64,000 bases of DNA from an uncultured Verrucomicrobiae bacterium (GCA_963772365.1 CAVYXA010000001.1:992001-1056000), one strand, 5' to 3'. Counted from the first letter of the stretch, positions 9,906-20,468 are shown. Notes: generated by a model from the sequence alone, not told the origin. Program-made: numbers and translations.

Positions 9906-12900
9906 ATGCAGCCGGAAACAAAGAGAGCGGACAAAGCTTCTGAGGTGCTTCGATCTCCCCTGCAGCGATATCGGCAGGCGAAGGCGGTTGCGGCGATTCG
10001 AAAAAGAAAGCAGAACGGCCGGGCGCCGCTTTCCTACAGCCAACGGCAAATCTGGTTGCATTCGCAACTGGCAGGTGACGCCCTGATTTATAACGAACCG
10101 ATCACGATTTATCGGGACGGCGAACTGGACGTTGCCGCATTGGAACGTGCGTTTACCGAAATCGTTCGTCGACATGAAGCGTGGCGAACCACATTTCACT
10201 GGAACGGCGACGAGGGTGTGCAGGTTGTGCACGATGCTCCGGATCGCGTGAAGATTCCGATTGCCGATCTTCGTGGTCATCCAAAAGCGGAAGAGGAAGT
10301 ATTGCGCATCGCAACCGAGGACGCGCACCGACCATTCGATTTAGCAGAAGGTCCGATGTATCGGCTTCGCGTCCTTCAATTGGCGGACGATGAATACCGG
10401 CTTTACATCGCCCTTCACCATATCATTTTTGATGGCGTTTCACTTTATCGCGTGCTGATGCCGGAGTTGCTGGCGCTATATCAAAGTTTTTCGAAAAACG
10501 AATCACCTCAGCTCGACGAATTGCCGATTCAATACGCCGATTACGCCGCCTGGCAGCGCGAATCGATGAAAGAAATTCCGCCAGATCGCCTTTCCTACTG
10601 GGAAAATGCTTTAGCCGATCTGCCAACTGTCGATCTAAAGACAGATCGCCCGCGCCCACCGGTCCAAACCTACGCCGGTGCCATGGAAATGTTTCAGGTC
10701 TCGCATGAAACGAGCGCGGCGCTGAAGGCTTTGGGGCAGGAGCAACATGCTGCACCGTTTGTCGTAATCGGAGCGGCATTCATGACGCTGTTGAATGGTT
10801 GGACAAAACAAGAAGATATCGTCATTGGAGGAATCAGCGGAGGGCGCGAGCGCATCGAAACACTGAATCTGCTGGGCTGTTTCCTCAATACCATCCCGAT
10901 CCGCTGCGCGTTTTCGAAGGAAGATCCTTTTGTCGATCTTCTCTCGCGAACGCGTTCTGCCACGCTGAACGCCCTTTCAAACGAAGTGCCATTCGAACTG
11001 CTGGTGCAAAGATTCGGCCGGGATCGCGATCCAAGCCGCTCACCGCTTTTCCAGATTTTGATCGTCATGGAGCCGCCACTCGAACCGCTTCCCGCCGGGT
11101 GGCGTTTCGCTTACATGGACGTGAAATCCGAGACAACGAAATTCGATCTTCAGCTTGGCTTGGAAGATCGCGACGGCAGATTCGCAGGTAGTTTTATTTA
11201 CAACACAGATTTGTTCGATCGCGAAACAATCGAACCCCTTAAACTGCGCTGGTTAAGGTTGCTCGATCAAATTGCAGCCGCGCCCGCAAAGAGAATCCGG
11301 GAATTAGTCGATACGGTTTGGCAGGAGACAGCGTCGCTTCCTCCGGCGGAATGGAGCGGCACGCGAACGAATTATCCTCGCGATTTAGCTGTCCACCAAG
11401 TATTCGAGCAGCAAGCGCAGCGTACTCCGAATGCTGTCGCTGTGGTTTTTGGCGAATCGCAGTTGAGTTATGCTGAGTTGAATCAGCGGGCGAATCACCT
11501 GGCGCGACGTCTTCAAGCGAGCGGCGTGACGACCGGCGCACCGGTCGGCGTTTGGATGGAGCGATCGCTAGAAATGATTGTCGCGCTATTGGCCGTTCTC
11601 AAAGCTGGTAGCGCCTACGTTCCGCTCGATCCATCCTACCCAGTCGAGCGCCTCAAATTGATGATCGACGACATAGAGACGCCGGTCATTCTCACTCAGC
11701 TAAAGTTCAAAGAGCAGATCGCTGCTCTTAATCAGAAAGCGACGATGATCTGCCTGGACGAAGAAGACTTGTCCATGCAACCAGTACAGATCTTCCACCT
11801 ACGGCCAAGGCGACGGACCTTGCTTACATCATTTACACTTCGGGATCGACTGGGCTGCCAAAGGGAGTTGCCGTGCCTCATCGAGCTATTGTTAGGTTAG
11901 TCAAAGAGACTAATTATGCTTCGTTCTCAAGCGGCGAAACGTTTCTCCAGCTTGCTCCGATTTCATTCGACGCATCTACATTCGAAATCTGGGGGCCTCT
12001 CTTGAATGGAGGCAGACTTGTTGTCATGCCAACCGGATCGTCCTCGCTTCAGGAGATCGGCCGAATCATTGCCGAGCAGCGTGTTACCACATTGTGGCTC
12101 ACCGCCGGCTTGTTCAATGCAATGGTGGACGAGCGCATCGATGATTTGCGTCCGCTACGGCAACTCCTCGCCGGTGGCGACGTTCTTTCCGTCCACCATG
12201 TTCGCAAAGCGATGGCCGCACTGGACAATACGCAGTTGATTAATGGCTACGGCCCGACTGAAAGCACGACTTTCGCCTGTTGCCACATCATTGATCGAAA
12301 CGCGCCCCTTGAGAGTTCGATTCCAATCGGCAAACCGATTGCGAATACTACGGTTTACATTCTCGATGATAATATGAAGCCGGTTCCAATCGGCGTGAGC
12401 GGTGAACTGCACATCGGCGGAGATGGACTGGCACTTGGTTACTGGGGGCGCAAAGATCTGACCGCAGAAAAATTTGTGGTCAATCCCTTCAGCAGCGAAG
12501 ACCGCGCGCCCCTCTACAAAACTGGCGATCTCGCGCGTTGGCGGGCGGATGGCACCATTGAATTTCTTGGCCGCGGAGACAACCAAATCAAATTGCGCGG
12601 ATTTCGCGTCGAGCCTGGCGAAATAGAGGCAGCATTAAAAGAGCAAGATGGCGTCCGCGATTGCGCAGTTTTGCTACGCAAGGAAGCGTCCGGCGACAAG
12701 AAGCTTGTAGCCTATGTCGCAGGCACGACTTCTTCGCAACAGCTGTTCCCTTTGCTGAGAAAATCGCTTCCCGACTACATGATTCCTTCTGCCATTGTGG
12801 TCTTGGCAGTTCTCCCACGTACGGCGAATGGCAAACTTGATCGCGACGCATTGCCAGCTCCAGATTCCGTGGCTAACAAGGATTTTGTCGAACCAAAGAC

Positions 12901-13234
12901 CGCATTGGAGAAGGAGCTTGCGATCATCTGGGCGGGAGTGCTCGGTTTGGACAGCATCGGAACTGCCGATAGCTTTTTCGATCTGGGCGGCCATTCTCTC
13001 GCGGGGCTACGGGCGGCTAATCAGTTATCGGAAAAATTAGGTCAGCGTTTTTCTCCCTCAATTTTTTTTCAAGCACCGACTATCGCTGGCATGGCGGAAT
13101 TGCTGGAAACGAGATTTCCCGGTGCCGTCGCGCGTTGGGTCGGAAAAGTTAAAGAGGATCGGATAACGGGAAGCATGGCACCAGTAACGGCGGTGGATCG
13201 AGGATCACGTCGGGCAAAGAAACCGATTCGCTAG
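9906..13234 (+). CDS. NRPS elongation module C-A-T (predicted Val), split by a one-base frameshift near 11780
   Basis: C motif HHIIFDG (10416-10436). The A-domain N-terminus is in ORF 9906..11900, while DLAYIIYTSGSTGLPKG continues in the frame of ORF 11873..13234. Code DAFWLGGTFK. PCP motif FFDLGGHSL. Confidence 0.9.
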
Positions 13235-13244
13235 GGGCATTTGC

Positions 13245-15806
13245 ATGAATTCACCGCTGCCGAACGCCCCCGCGCTTCAAGATTCCACTTCAGGGGCGAA
13301 GGAGCAGTCCTTAACTAAAGAATCTGTTCTTGAATTTCCGGCGACACTTGCACAACGCCGCTTCTGGTTGCAGCACCAATGGAGTGAGAGCGGTAATCCT
13401 ACTCTCAACCTGACAACTCCCCTTCGCTTACGCGGCTTTCTTAATGCTGACCTGCTCCGGCGCGGCCTGGACCAGCTCATCGCTCGCCATGAAATACTAC
13501 GAACCACCTTCCAGGCGGAGCACGGCGAATTGCTCCAGCTCATTTCTCCGACCCTTCCTATTATCTTGCCATCGATTGAAATCGAAAATCATGCGGCTGA
13601 AAATTATCCCCTTTTTATTGAGAGAATCGCGCGCGAAGAGGCAGAGCAACCTTTCGATACTCGAACCGGTCCGTTGCTGCGCGCCCGTTTGTTTAAGCTG
13701 AACGATCTTGAGCACCTGCTTCTTCTTACAATGCATCGTCTTATTTCCGATGAATCGAGCGCGGAGATAATGGCTCGTGAATTATGCGAGTATTATGCAG
13801 CGCTTTCGGAAGATCGACAGCCATCGCTCCCGGAGTTGGGCATCCAATTTGCCGATTACGCCCATTGGCAGCACGAACGATTGCTTGCCGGTGATTTCGC
13901 CACGCAACAGGAATACTGGAAGACTCAATTAACCGGGGCTGTCCCTGCTCGGCTTCTTCCAGATGATCGATCGCGGTTAGCGGTTGGCCGAGGGCGAAGT
14001 TCAAGCCTCGCGAGGGTCCTGCCTTCTCATCAAGTGGATGCGCTTAAGATGCTCGGTTCACGACACGGAACGGCACCCTTGGTCGTTTTCCTCGCGCTGT
14101 TTGACGTGCTGCTTCATCGATACACTGGTCAATGCGATTTTTTCGTAACGGTTTCGACCCCTAACCGTGAGCGCGAAGATTTCGATTCGATTGTCGGCCC
14201 GCTGGCCAATCCGCTGCTTCTGCGAATCAATTTAAACGGTCGCCCGAATTTTCTGGATGTGCTGCATCGATTGGGTCGCGTCACGCTCGATGCCTTTGCC
14301 AATCAGGAAACACCCTTTGGACTGCTTCTGGATGATTTTCAGGCCTCTCAATTACAAGTCGCTTTCGCATATCAAGCGGCTTCGATGGAAAACCCATTAC
14401 GGATTCCGGACGGGCTAACGATCGAGACGCTGATGTGCGTGAGCGGCGGTCTGGTGCACGATCTAAGCGCGGCAGTCATTGACGGGAAAAATGAGACGCG
14501 CCTGCAAATCGACTATGATCCGGAACGCTTCGACAATGAAACGGTGGAGCGAATGCTTCAAGACTACGCGGATTTGCTGCGAGAGGTAACTCTTGGTCCG
14601 ACACAATCAATTGCTGTATCACCCTCTTCTACATTATTGACCCGGGTTCGAGATCGCTCCCCGAATTCCTTAGAGAAGCGTGCGGCAGCGACCCCAAGGG
14701 TCCGCCCGTATCTGGGTCTGCATCTTCAGCTGATCGATATTTGGGAAGACATTCTCGATGTCCGTGGGATCGGCATCAATGACGATTTCTTCGGACTTGG
14801 CGGCAACTCCCTCCTGGCTTTACGGATGCTGCTTCGGACCGAGCGCATTTGTGGCAAACGAATTCTTCCCGGGTCCTTCGCCAAGAGTTCGACTATCGAA
14901 TTCCTGGCTAACGAGATGGCACGGGAAGCAATCGACGACGCACCCAGCCTTACCGCAGTGCATACGGAAGGAGATCGGACGCCGTTCTTCTATCTTCATG
15001 GCGATCTATTCGGTGGAGGTTTTTACACCCGAAAACTCTCGCAGTCCCTCGGGCTAGATCAGCCGGTTTACGTCCTGCCTCCGCATAATCTCCGTGGATT
15101 ACGCGAAGTTCCGACTGTTGAAGAAATGGCGGCCGCCCATCTGCAGGCATTGCGCTCCGAGCGACCGCATGGGCCGTACATAATAGGCGGATTTTGCCAG
15201 GGCGGTATCGCAGCCTATGAACTGGCACAGCAAATCGTATCAAGCGGCGATACGGTCGAACTTCTTCTTCTCATCGATGTTGGACCGGAAGACAGATTGT
15301 TGGTTGTTCTCCGTCGAATCTGCAGCGCTCTGGCGAAATTGTTTCACTGGGACAGCTTTTCGCAGATAGATCATTTCTCGAAGTGGGTGCTCGTCCGCAC
15401 CAAATTTACCGCCTGGCGTAAATTAAGTACTCGCCGAAAGCTGCAGCTCCTCCTCGGTCAGGTTCGAAAGAAACTCTTTTCGATCTGCAATCTTTTCCGA
15501 TCTGCAAAGAAAGATCATGCTACTTCCTCGGCGCGATCTCCCCAATTCGATGTGCCAGCGTCGTTTCTTTGGGCTTCGGCTGGCTATTCGCCCAAGCTCT
15601 ATTCTGGACCGGTGGCTATTCTTCTTTCTGAAGATCTGCTGGATCACGGTGGCCGCCTCGCTCGACAGTGGCAGCCGCTGGCGCCAAAAGTCATGCTCCA
15701 TTCACTAAAGGGCAGTCATCTGGAATGCATCACCGCACACGTCGACGATCTGGCGGCGACGATAGACAAATGTCTGCGCGATTCTTCGCGAGTTGTTTCC
15801 AAATAA
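13245..15806 (+). CDS. NRPS termination protein: degenerate C (HRxxxDE) - T - TE (Cys nucleophile), no A domain
   Basis: Condensation-fold motifs QRRFW, RHEILRT, QFADYAHWQ with active-site HRLISDE. PCP motif FFGLGGNSLL. TE motif GGFCQGG with His in GSH. Confidence 0.88.
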   Translation: MNSPLPNAPALQDSTSGAKEQSLTKESVLEFPATLAQRRFWLQHQWSESGNPTLNLTTPLRLRGFLNADLLRRGLDQLIARHEILRTTFQAEHGELLQLISPTLPIILPSIEIENHAAENYPLFIERIAREEAEQPFDTRTGPLLRARLFKLNDLEHLLLLTMHRLISDESSAEIMARELCEYYAALSEDRQPSLPELGIQFADYAHWQHERLLAGDFATQQEYWKTQLTGAVPARLLPDDRSRLAVGRGRSSSLARVLPSHQVDALKMLGSRHGTAPLVVFLALFDVLLHRYTGQCDFFVTVSTPNREREDFDSIVGPLANPLLLRINLNGRPNFLDVLHRLGRVTLDAFANQETPFGLLLDDFQASQLQVAFAYQAASMENPLRIPDGLTIETLMCVSGGLVHDLSAAVIDGKNETRLQIDYDPERFDNETVERMLQDYADLLREVTLGPTQSIAVSPSSTLLTRVRDRSPNSLEKRAAATPRVRPYLGLHLQLIDIWEDILDVRGIGINDDFFGLGGNSLLALRMLLRTERICGKRILPGSFAKSSTIEFLANEMAREAIDDAPSLTAVHTEGDRTPFFYLHGDLFGGGFYTRKLSQSLGLDQPVYVLPPHNLRGLREVPTVEEMAAAHLQALRSERPHGPYIIGGFCQGGIAAYELAQQIVSSGDTVELLLLIDVGPEDRLLVVLRRICSALAKLFHWDSFSQIDHFSKWVLVRTKFTAWRKLSTRRKLQLLLGQVRKKLFSICNLFRSAKKDHATSSARSPQFDVPASFLWASAGYSPKLYSGPVAILLSEDLLDHGGRLARQWQPLAPKVMLHSLKGSHLECITAHVDDLAATIDKCLRDSSRVVSK

Positions 15807-15811
15807 ACACC

Positions 15812-16540
15812 ATGTCTGCTGCTATTTCAGGGCAAGCTTGCGCAGAGGGAGTTCGGCGCCACTTGCACGGTGTCGATTCACCGGAGCCTGACGTCCAAAT
15901 CTGGATCGCACATTTAGATTCGCTTGACGCAAGCGACATCGAAAAAATGAGCGTTTCGCTCGATCTGGCTGAATCAAGGCGCGCCGCCGAATTTCGATTT
16001 GCGCAGGATCGACAACGCTACTGTGCAGCCCATGGTCTGCTTCGACATGTACTTGGGGGGATGCTCGGCCAGGAACCGCGCGACATTGTTTTTCAGCATG
16101 AGACTCACGGCAAACCCAAGATTGTTCAACAAACGAAGGATACGCGGAAGCTGCATTTCAATATCTCACATTCAAAGGAATGGGCGCTCTTTGCCGTTTC
16201 ATGGGAACGCGAAGTGGGAATTGATTTGGAAGCCGAAGGGCTATTGCCCGGACACAGCGAGCTGATCGATCTTGCATTGCGCGTCTTTTCACGACCTGAA
16301 TTCGAGAAATGGCAATCTTTGATAAATGAAGAAGCCCGCCGAACCGCGATTCTGCGTGCGTGGGTTCGCAAAGAAGCGTGCATTAAGGCAAGCGGCGAGG
16401 GTCTTCATCTCGAGCTATCGCAAATTGAATTATCCGCTGGTCCCAGGCGATCTCACCTGGGTTCCATCCAAAAAAAGCAGCGGTGGACTGTGCATGATCT
16501 AATTGTTCCCGCGGCTCTGGCGGCTGCGATTGCGGTTTAG
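15812..16540 (+). CDS. Sfp-type 4'-phosphopantetheinyl transferase
   Basis: GKP, FNISHS, VGIDLE and [15 protein letters not shown] motifs. Confidence 0.92.
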   Translation: MSAAISGQACAEGVRRHLHGVDSPEPDVQIWIAHLDSLDASDIEKMSVSLDLAESRRAAEFRFAQDRQRYCAAHGLLRHVLGGMLGQEPRDIVFQHETHGKPKIVQQTKDTRKLHFNISHSKEWALFAVSWEREVGIDLEAEGLLPGHSELIDLALRVFSRPEFEKWQSLINEEARRTAILRAWVRKEACIKASGEGLHLELSQIELSAGPRRSHLGSIQKKQRWTVHDLIVPAALAAAIAV

Positions 16541-16565
16541 CACGAGCGGCAGAGCCGCAAAGACA

Positions 16566-16647
16566 TGCTCGCGAGAGGACTCGAACCTCCACGGGTTTCC
16601 CCATACGGTCCTGAGCCGTACGCGTCTGCCAGTTCCGCCACGCGAGC
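16566..16647 (-). tRNA. tRNA-Leu(CAG), CCA not encoded
   Basis: Reverse complement GCTCGCGTGGCGGAACTGGCAGACGCGTACGGCTCAGGACCGTATGGGGAAACCCGTGGAGGTTCGAGTCCTCTCGCGAGCA: acceptor stem, anticodon arm TACGG-CTCAGGA-CCGTA, long variable arm, GTTCGA T-loop. Confidence 0.97.
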
Positions 16648-16736
16648 GAGGAGATTTGATCTATGATGTTTGATCTTTATTTTGTCAAAAAAGCCATCTT
16701 CTAGGCGCTGAATACCTGTCGATCTTGCAGCAGTAC

Positions 16737-17615
16737 TTAGCCACGTCTGCGTTTTCGGGCGCGCGATTCGATTTGCTGCGCTTTGCGAACCTTGCCGAGC
16801 GAGCGCAGCAAGTCGGCATAATTTGAGGCGACGATCTCGTAATCTTCCGGCAGCGGCTCGATTGTCCCCTCCCAGGTTTCGAGAGAGGCGCGATACAGGT
16901 CGGCAGCTTTCGCGTAATCGCCACGCGAGTGATACACGACTGCCAGATTAGATTTCGATTGGGCAATATCGCCGTGACCTGGTGGCAGCGCCTTCTCGCG
17001 AATGGCCAGCGCGCGCACATGAATCTTTTCCGCTTCAGCGTAACGACGCTCGTTTGTGTAAAACACCGCCAGGTTGTTGAGCACCGACGCTACATCGGGA
17101 TGGTTCGGGCCGAGTTGTTTTTCATAAATGTCCAAAGCGTGAAGATAATATGGCTCGGCGGCCTTTTGTCGGCCCGACTTACGAAAGATAAGCGCGACAT
17201 TATTCAACATTGTGCCCAGATCGGAATAGGGCAGCTCCTCCAGTTTGGTTCCGGCAGTAATCGCCTTTTCGTAGAAACGGATTGCCTCTTCGGGCTGGCC
17301 GAGATTATCGCACAAGAAAGCCAGCCGGCGTGCCGAGCGAAAGATTGCGCGTTGATCGGGCGGATTGGCTTTTTCGAATATGGAATGCGCCTTCAGCAGG
17401 TGCACCTTTGCCGTCGTGCGATCGCCTTTTTGATCGAGCAACTGCCCCAGTTTTTCATAGCTCAAAGCAAGTGAATTTTCCTCCTCGCCGAAGGTGCGCT
17501 TGGCCAGGTCGAGAGTGGTTTCGGCCACGCGAATGGCCTCAGGAATACGATTGCTGGCCCGCAGAGTGTCGAGTTTATCGTTAAGAATCGACCAAAGCTT
17601 TTCTTCGCCCTTCAT
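16737..17615 (-). CDS. Tetratricopeptide repeat protein (kinesin light chain-like TPR)
   Basis: Repeats such as LGPNHPDVASVLNNLAVFY and ALAIREKAL. Confidence 0.88.
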   Translation of the reverse strand: MKGEEKLWSILNDKLDTLRASNRIPEAIRVAETTLDLAKRTFGEEENSLALSYEKLGQLLDQKGDRTTAKVHLLKAHSIFEKANPPDQRAIFRSARRLAFLCDNLGQPEEAIRFYEKAITAGTKLEELPYSDLGTMLNNVALIFRKSGRQKAAEPYYLHALDIYEKQLGPNHPDVASVLNNLAVFYTNERRYAEAEKIHVRALAIREKALPPGHGDIAQSKSNLAVVYHSRGDYAKAADLYRASLETWEGTIEPLPEDYEIVASNYADLLRSLGKVRKAQQIESRARKRRRG

Positions 17616-17622
17616 CGAACAT

Positions 17623-18132
17623 TTACCAGCCCTCGCTTAACTGACTGACCAACTGGGTAGCAAGATCTTCCGTGGCCAGAGGCAGGGCCTGTCGCTCGTC
17701 GGTCACGACATCTCCGCCTACAAAGAAGCTGGTTCTTCCTGCGGCAGTGGAGCTCGGCACAAGCTGCGACCCGTCGCGTCCTTCTACATGATATTTCACT
17801 CGCAGGGTGAGGTTGAATTCAGTCGTGGCGAGCACATTCCCTCGCACCGAGCGCGCCGGTGTCCGGGTAACATCGACAATGTCTGCCACTAAAGTAGCAT
17901 CGCCGTTTCCATCGCTGGCCACCTCAAAAGTTCCATCCTGTTGCAATTGCTTGATCACCGTATCGGTGACCAAAACCTCAATCCGCGGCAACAGCGTGCG
18001 ATTCTTGAAAGTAGGAACAGCGATGCTGTGGACATCGCGCAGGTAATAAGGTTTAACCGGCCCGACATGATATCCAAGGCAGCCGGTGAGGCAGCAGCAG
18101 GCAATTGCCGTCGCCAGAAAAGGTGTTCTCAC
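17623..18132 (-). CDS. lptE: LPS assembly lipoprotein LptE
   Basis: Lipobox LTGC followed by GY, SIAVPTFKNRT, C-terminal helix. Coupled to the bamD-like gene. Confidence 0.8.
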   Translation of the reverse strand: MRTPFLATAIACCCLTGCLGYHVGPVKPYYLRDVHSIAVPTFKNRTLLPRIEVLVTDTVIKQLQQDGTFEVASDGNGDATLVADIVDVTRTPARSVRGNVLATTEFNLTLRVKYHVEGRDGSQLVPSSTAAGRTSFFVGGDVVTDERQALPLATEDLATQLVSQLSEGW

Positions 18133-19442
18133 GGCGTCGGTGATGCAGACGGCGCCGGCGTGGGAGATTCCATCTCGCTGGAGCTACGATCCGAAGAAAG
18201 CGAAGAGGGCGGCAAAGCAAGATCCGTTGCAGGCGCGGGAGCAGATTCGCCTGCAGATGGTTCAGGAGTAGAAGGGGCCGGCAGCATCGGCTCCGGCGTT
18301 GAAGAAACCGGTGTAGCGGTTTCCTGCGGCAATGGAGTTGGTTCAGCTGCGGTCGCGGCAGATTCCTCTTCCGGCGTTGCTGGTTTCGGGGTTGGTTCTG
18401 ATGATACGACGCCATGTTGGCTTTCAGCCCCCTTCTTCTTCTCCTCCGCTGAGGTCGCAACCAACGGCTGCAATGCAGCATCGCCGAATTTTTTGCGAAG
18501 CTGATCAATCCGTTTTTGGGCCTGCTCGCTCTCGGCCGAGCCGGGTTGCTGCCGGATCACCTCATTATAATAGATCGCCGCTGCGCGATAATTTCGCTGC
18601 TTGTCGTAGAACCTGGCGATCTTGAGGGAACTGGTCGTTTGTTTGTTTTCGAGCCGCTTCAGGTAAAGGCGGGCTTGGGCAGCTTTTTCATTGTCGGGAT
18701 AACGGAACAAAAAATCCTGAAAAGCAGTTTTGGCTTTAGTCGTCGCATCGATATCTTTTGTTCCAGACTTTGCGGCGCTGTACCAGAGGTACCCGATCTG
18801 ATATTGGGCCGCTGCTGCCACGGGCTGGTCGGGAAATTTGTCCACCACTGCGCGGTAAGCGTCGATGGCGGGATCGCTGAGATGTTGCTTTTCACGCGCC
18901 AAGCCGATGTCGAACTGCGCGCGAGCGGTATATTTTCCGTAGGGGGCGGTGCGAATGATCGCGGCAAAGATCTCGATGGCGTGATCGAGCCCCGAGCCGA
19001 GCGGCATTCCAAGGACCTTCACCTTCTTGCCACTGAGGTAAAGCTCGCCGATGCGAAATTGCGCCTCTATAGCTTCATCGAAGTGCGGACTAGTGGGATA
19101 TCGTTCCACCAACGAGCGATACAAGTCGGCTGCCGGAATAAATTTGCGCTGCTTTTCCTCTAATTCCGCGGCATGATACAAAGCCCATGGGGCGAGCACG
19201 TCCTTGGGATGATGTCGCACGAGCGCTTTGTAGGCGCTGATCGCCCGACCCAGATTATCTCTATCTTCGGCGTTCTGGCCTTTTTGAAACAATTCTTTTG
19301 CGTCGTGACTCGATTGCTGCGCCCCGGGCGGAACAAACTTGGCTCCTTCGCCCGGTTTGAAAACCACGGGCGCCTTCATCAGGGCGGGAAAGCTCAGCAC
19401 AGCAACGAGGAACAAAATGACAGTGCGGACTCTCAAATGCAT
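18129..19442 (-). CDS. bamD: Outer membrane protein assembly factor BamD-like TPR protein with Pro/Ser/Thr-rich tail
   Basis: AFQDFLFRYPDNEKA...KIARFYDKQRNYRAAAIYYNEV pattern. Confidence 0.8.
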   Translation of the reverse strand: MHLRVRTVILFLVAVLSFPALMKAPVVFKPGEGAKFVPPGAQQSSHDAKELFQKGQNAEDRDNLGRAISAYKALVRHHPKDVLAPWALYHAAELEEKQRKFIPAADLYRSLVERYPTSPHFDEAIEAQFRIGELYLSGKKVKVLGMPLGSGLDHAIEIFAAIIRTAPYGKYTARAQFDIGLAREKQHLSDPAIDAYRAVVDKFPDQPVAAAAQYQIGYLWYSAAKSGTKDIDATTKAKTAFQDFLFRYPDNEKAAQARLYLKRLENKQTTSSLKIARFYDKQRNYRAAAIYYNEVIRQQPGSAESEQAQKRIDQLRKKFGDAALQPLVATSAEEKKKGAESQHGVVSSEPTPKPATPEEESAATAAEPTPLPQETATPVSSTPEPMLPAPSTPEPSAGESAPAPATDLALPPSSLSSDRSSSEMESPTPAPSASPTP

Positions 19443-19571
19443 GGGGTCTGGCAGGGTAAATTAGTTCTCGATTCCGTCAAGGAACCCATTGGTCTCAGTC
19501 TGTCCCAATTCTAGAATTTTGGCCCTCGCTACAGAGGAGACAAATGAGGCAAATGCAACGTAGATTGGCCC

Positions 19572-20447
19572 GTGAACCTGATTGACCAGCAAAAGGTAAA
19601 AATCGGCACATGCGCTTGGAGCTTTAATGAATGGCGGGGCGCGTTTTATCCGCCGGAATTGCCCGAATCTCACTGGCTCGAATTTTATTCACGATATCTA
19701 TCCTGCGTCGAAATCGATTCCACCTTTTACGGCGCTCCCACGGAAGAAACGCTTCGCCGATGGGTCGAGGCGACACCGGCGGCATTTCGTTTTTCCTGCA
19801 AACTGCCACGCGAGATCACCCATGCGCGTCGTCTGCGTGATTGCACTGATGAGTTGAACTCATTCCTCGCGGCCATCGAGCCGCTCGCTCCGAAGTTGCG
19901 AGTCATCCTGATCCAACTGCCTCCCTCTTTCGCGCCAAAAGACGGCCGCCGAGTTCTTCGCAACTTTCTGGTTCAACTGCCGCAATCGTTTCGGTTCGCC
20001 ATCGAGTTTCGTCATCCCGGCTGGCACCGGCCGCAGATCATCAGCCTTCTCGAAAAACATCGTGTCTGCTGGGTTTGGGCGGATACCACTCCTCTCAATG
20101 AACGCAACCTGGCCCCGTTCGAGTTTCTCCCGCGCACAACCGATTTTTTGTACCTGCGGCTACTCGGCGATTACGCCACCAAATACAGCGCGGATGGAAA
20201 ACATCTTCACCGATACGAAAAGCTTCTTTGGAAACGAGAGGCAGCGCTCGAGAGTTGGTCGCTCAAGATCGACAGGCACCTGGGCGAAGTCCGCAATATC
20301 TCCGTTTTCGCTGGTAATCACTTCGAAGGTTTCGCGCCCGAGACATGTCAGCGTCTCGCTCACCGTCTCGGGTTCGACCTATCGCTGCCCTCAGAAACCG
20401 AGAAAATTTTCTCTGAGCAAAACCGCGCGCAACTCGATCTCTTTTAA
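19572..20447 (+). CDS. DUF72 (YecE-like) protein
   Basis: IGTCAWS..W.G.FYP, VEIDSTFY, LIQLPPSF, AIEFRH, YLRLLG. Confidence 0.92.
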   Translation: MNLIDQQKVKIGTCAWSFNEWRGAFYPPELPESHWLEFYSRYLSCVEIDSTFYGAPTEETLRRWVEATPAAFRFSCKLPREITHARRLRDCTDELNSFLAAIEPLAPKLRVILIQLPPSFAPKDGRRVLRNFLVQLPQSFRFAIEFRHPGWHRPQIISLLEKHRVCWVWADTTPLNERNLAPFEFLPRTTDFLYLRLLGDYATKYSADGKHLHRYEKLLWKREAALESWSLKIDRHLGEVRNISVFAGNHFEGFAPETCQRLAHRLGFDLSLPSETEKIFSEQNRAQLDLF

Positions 20448-20468
20448 TGACGAAGCCCGAATGACGAG

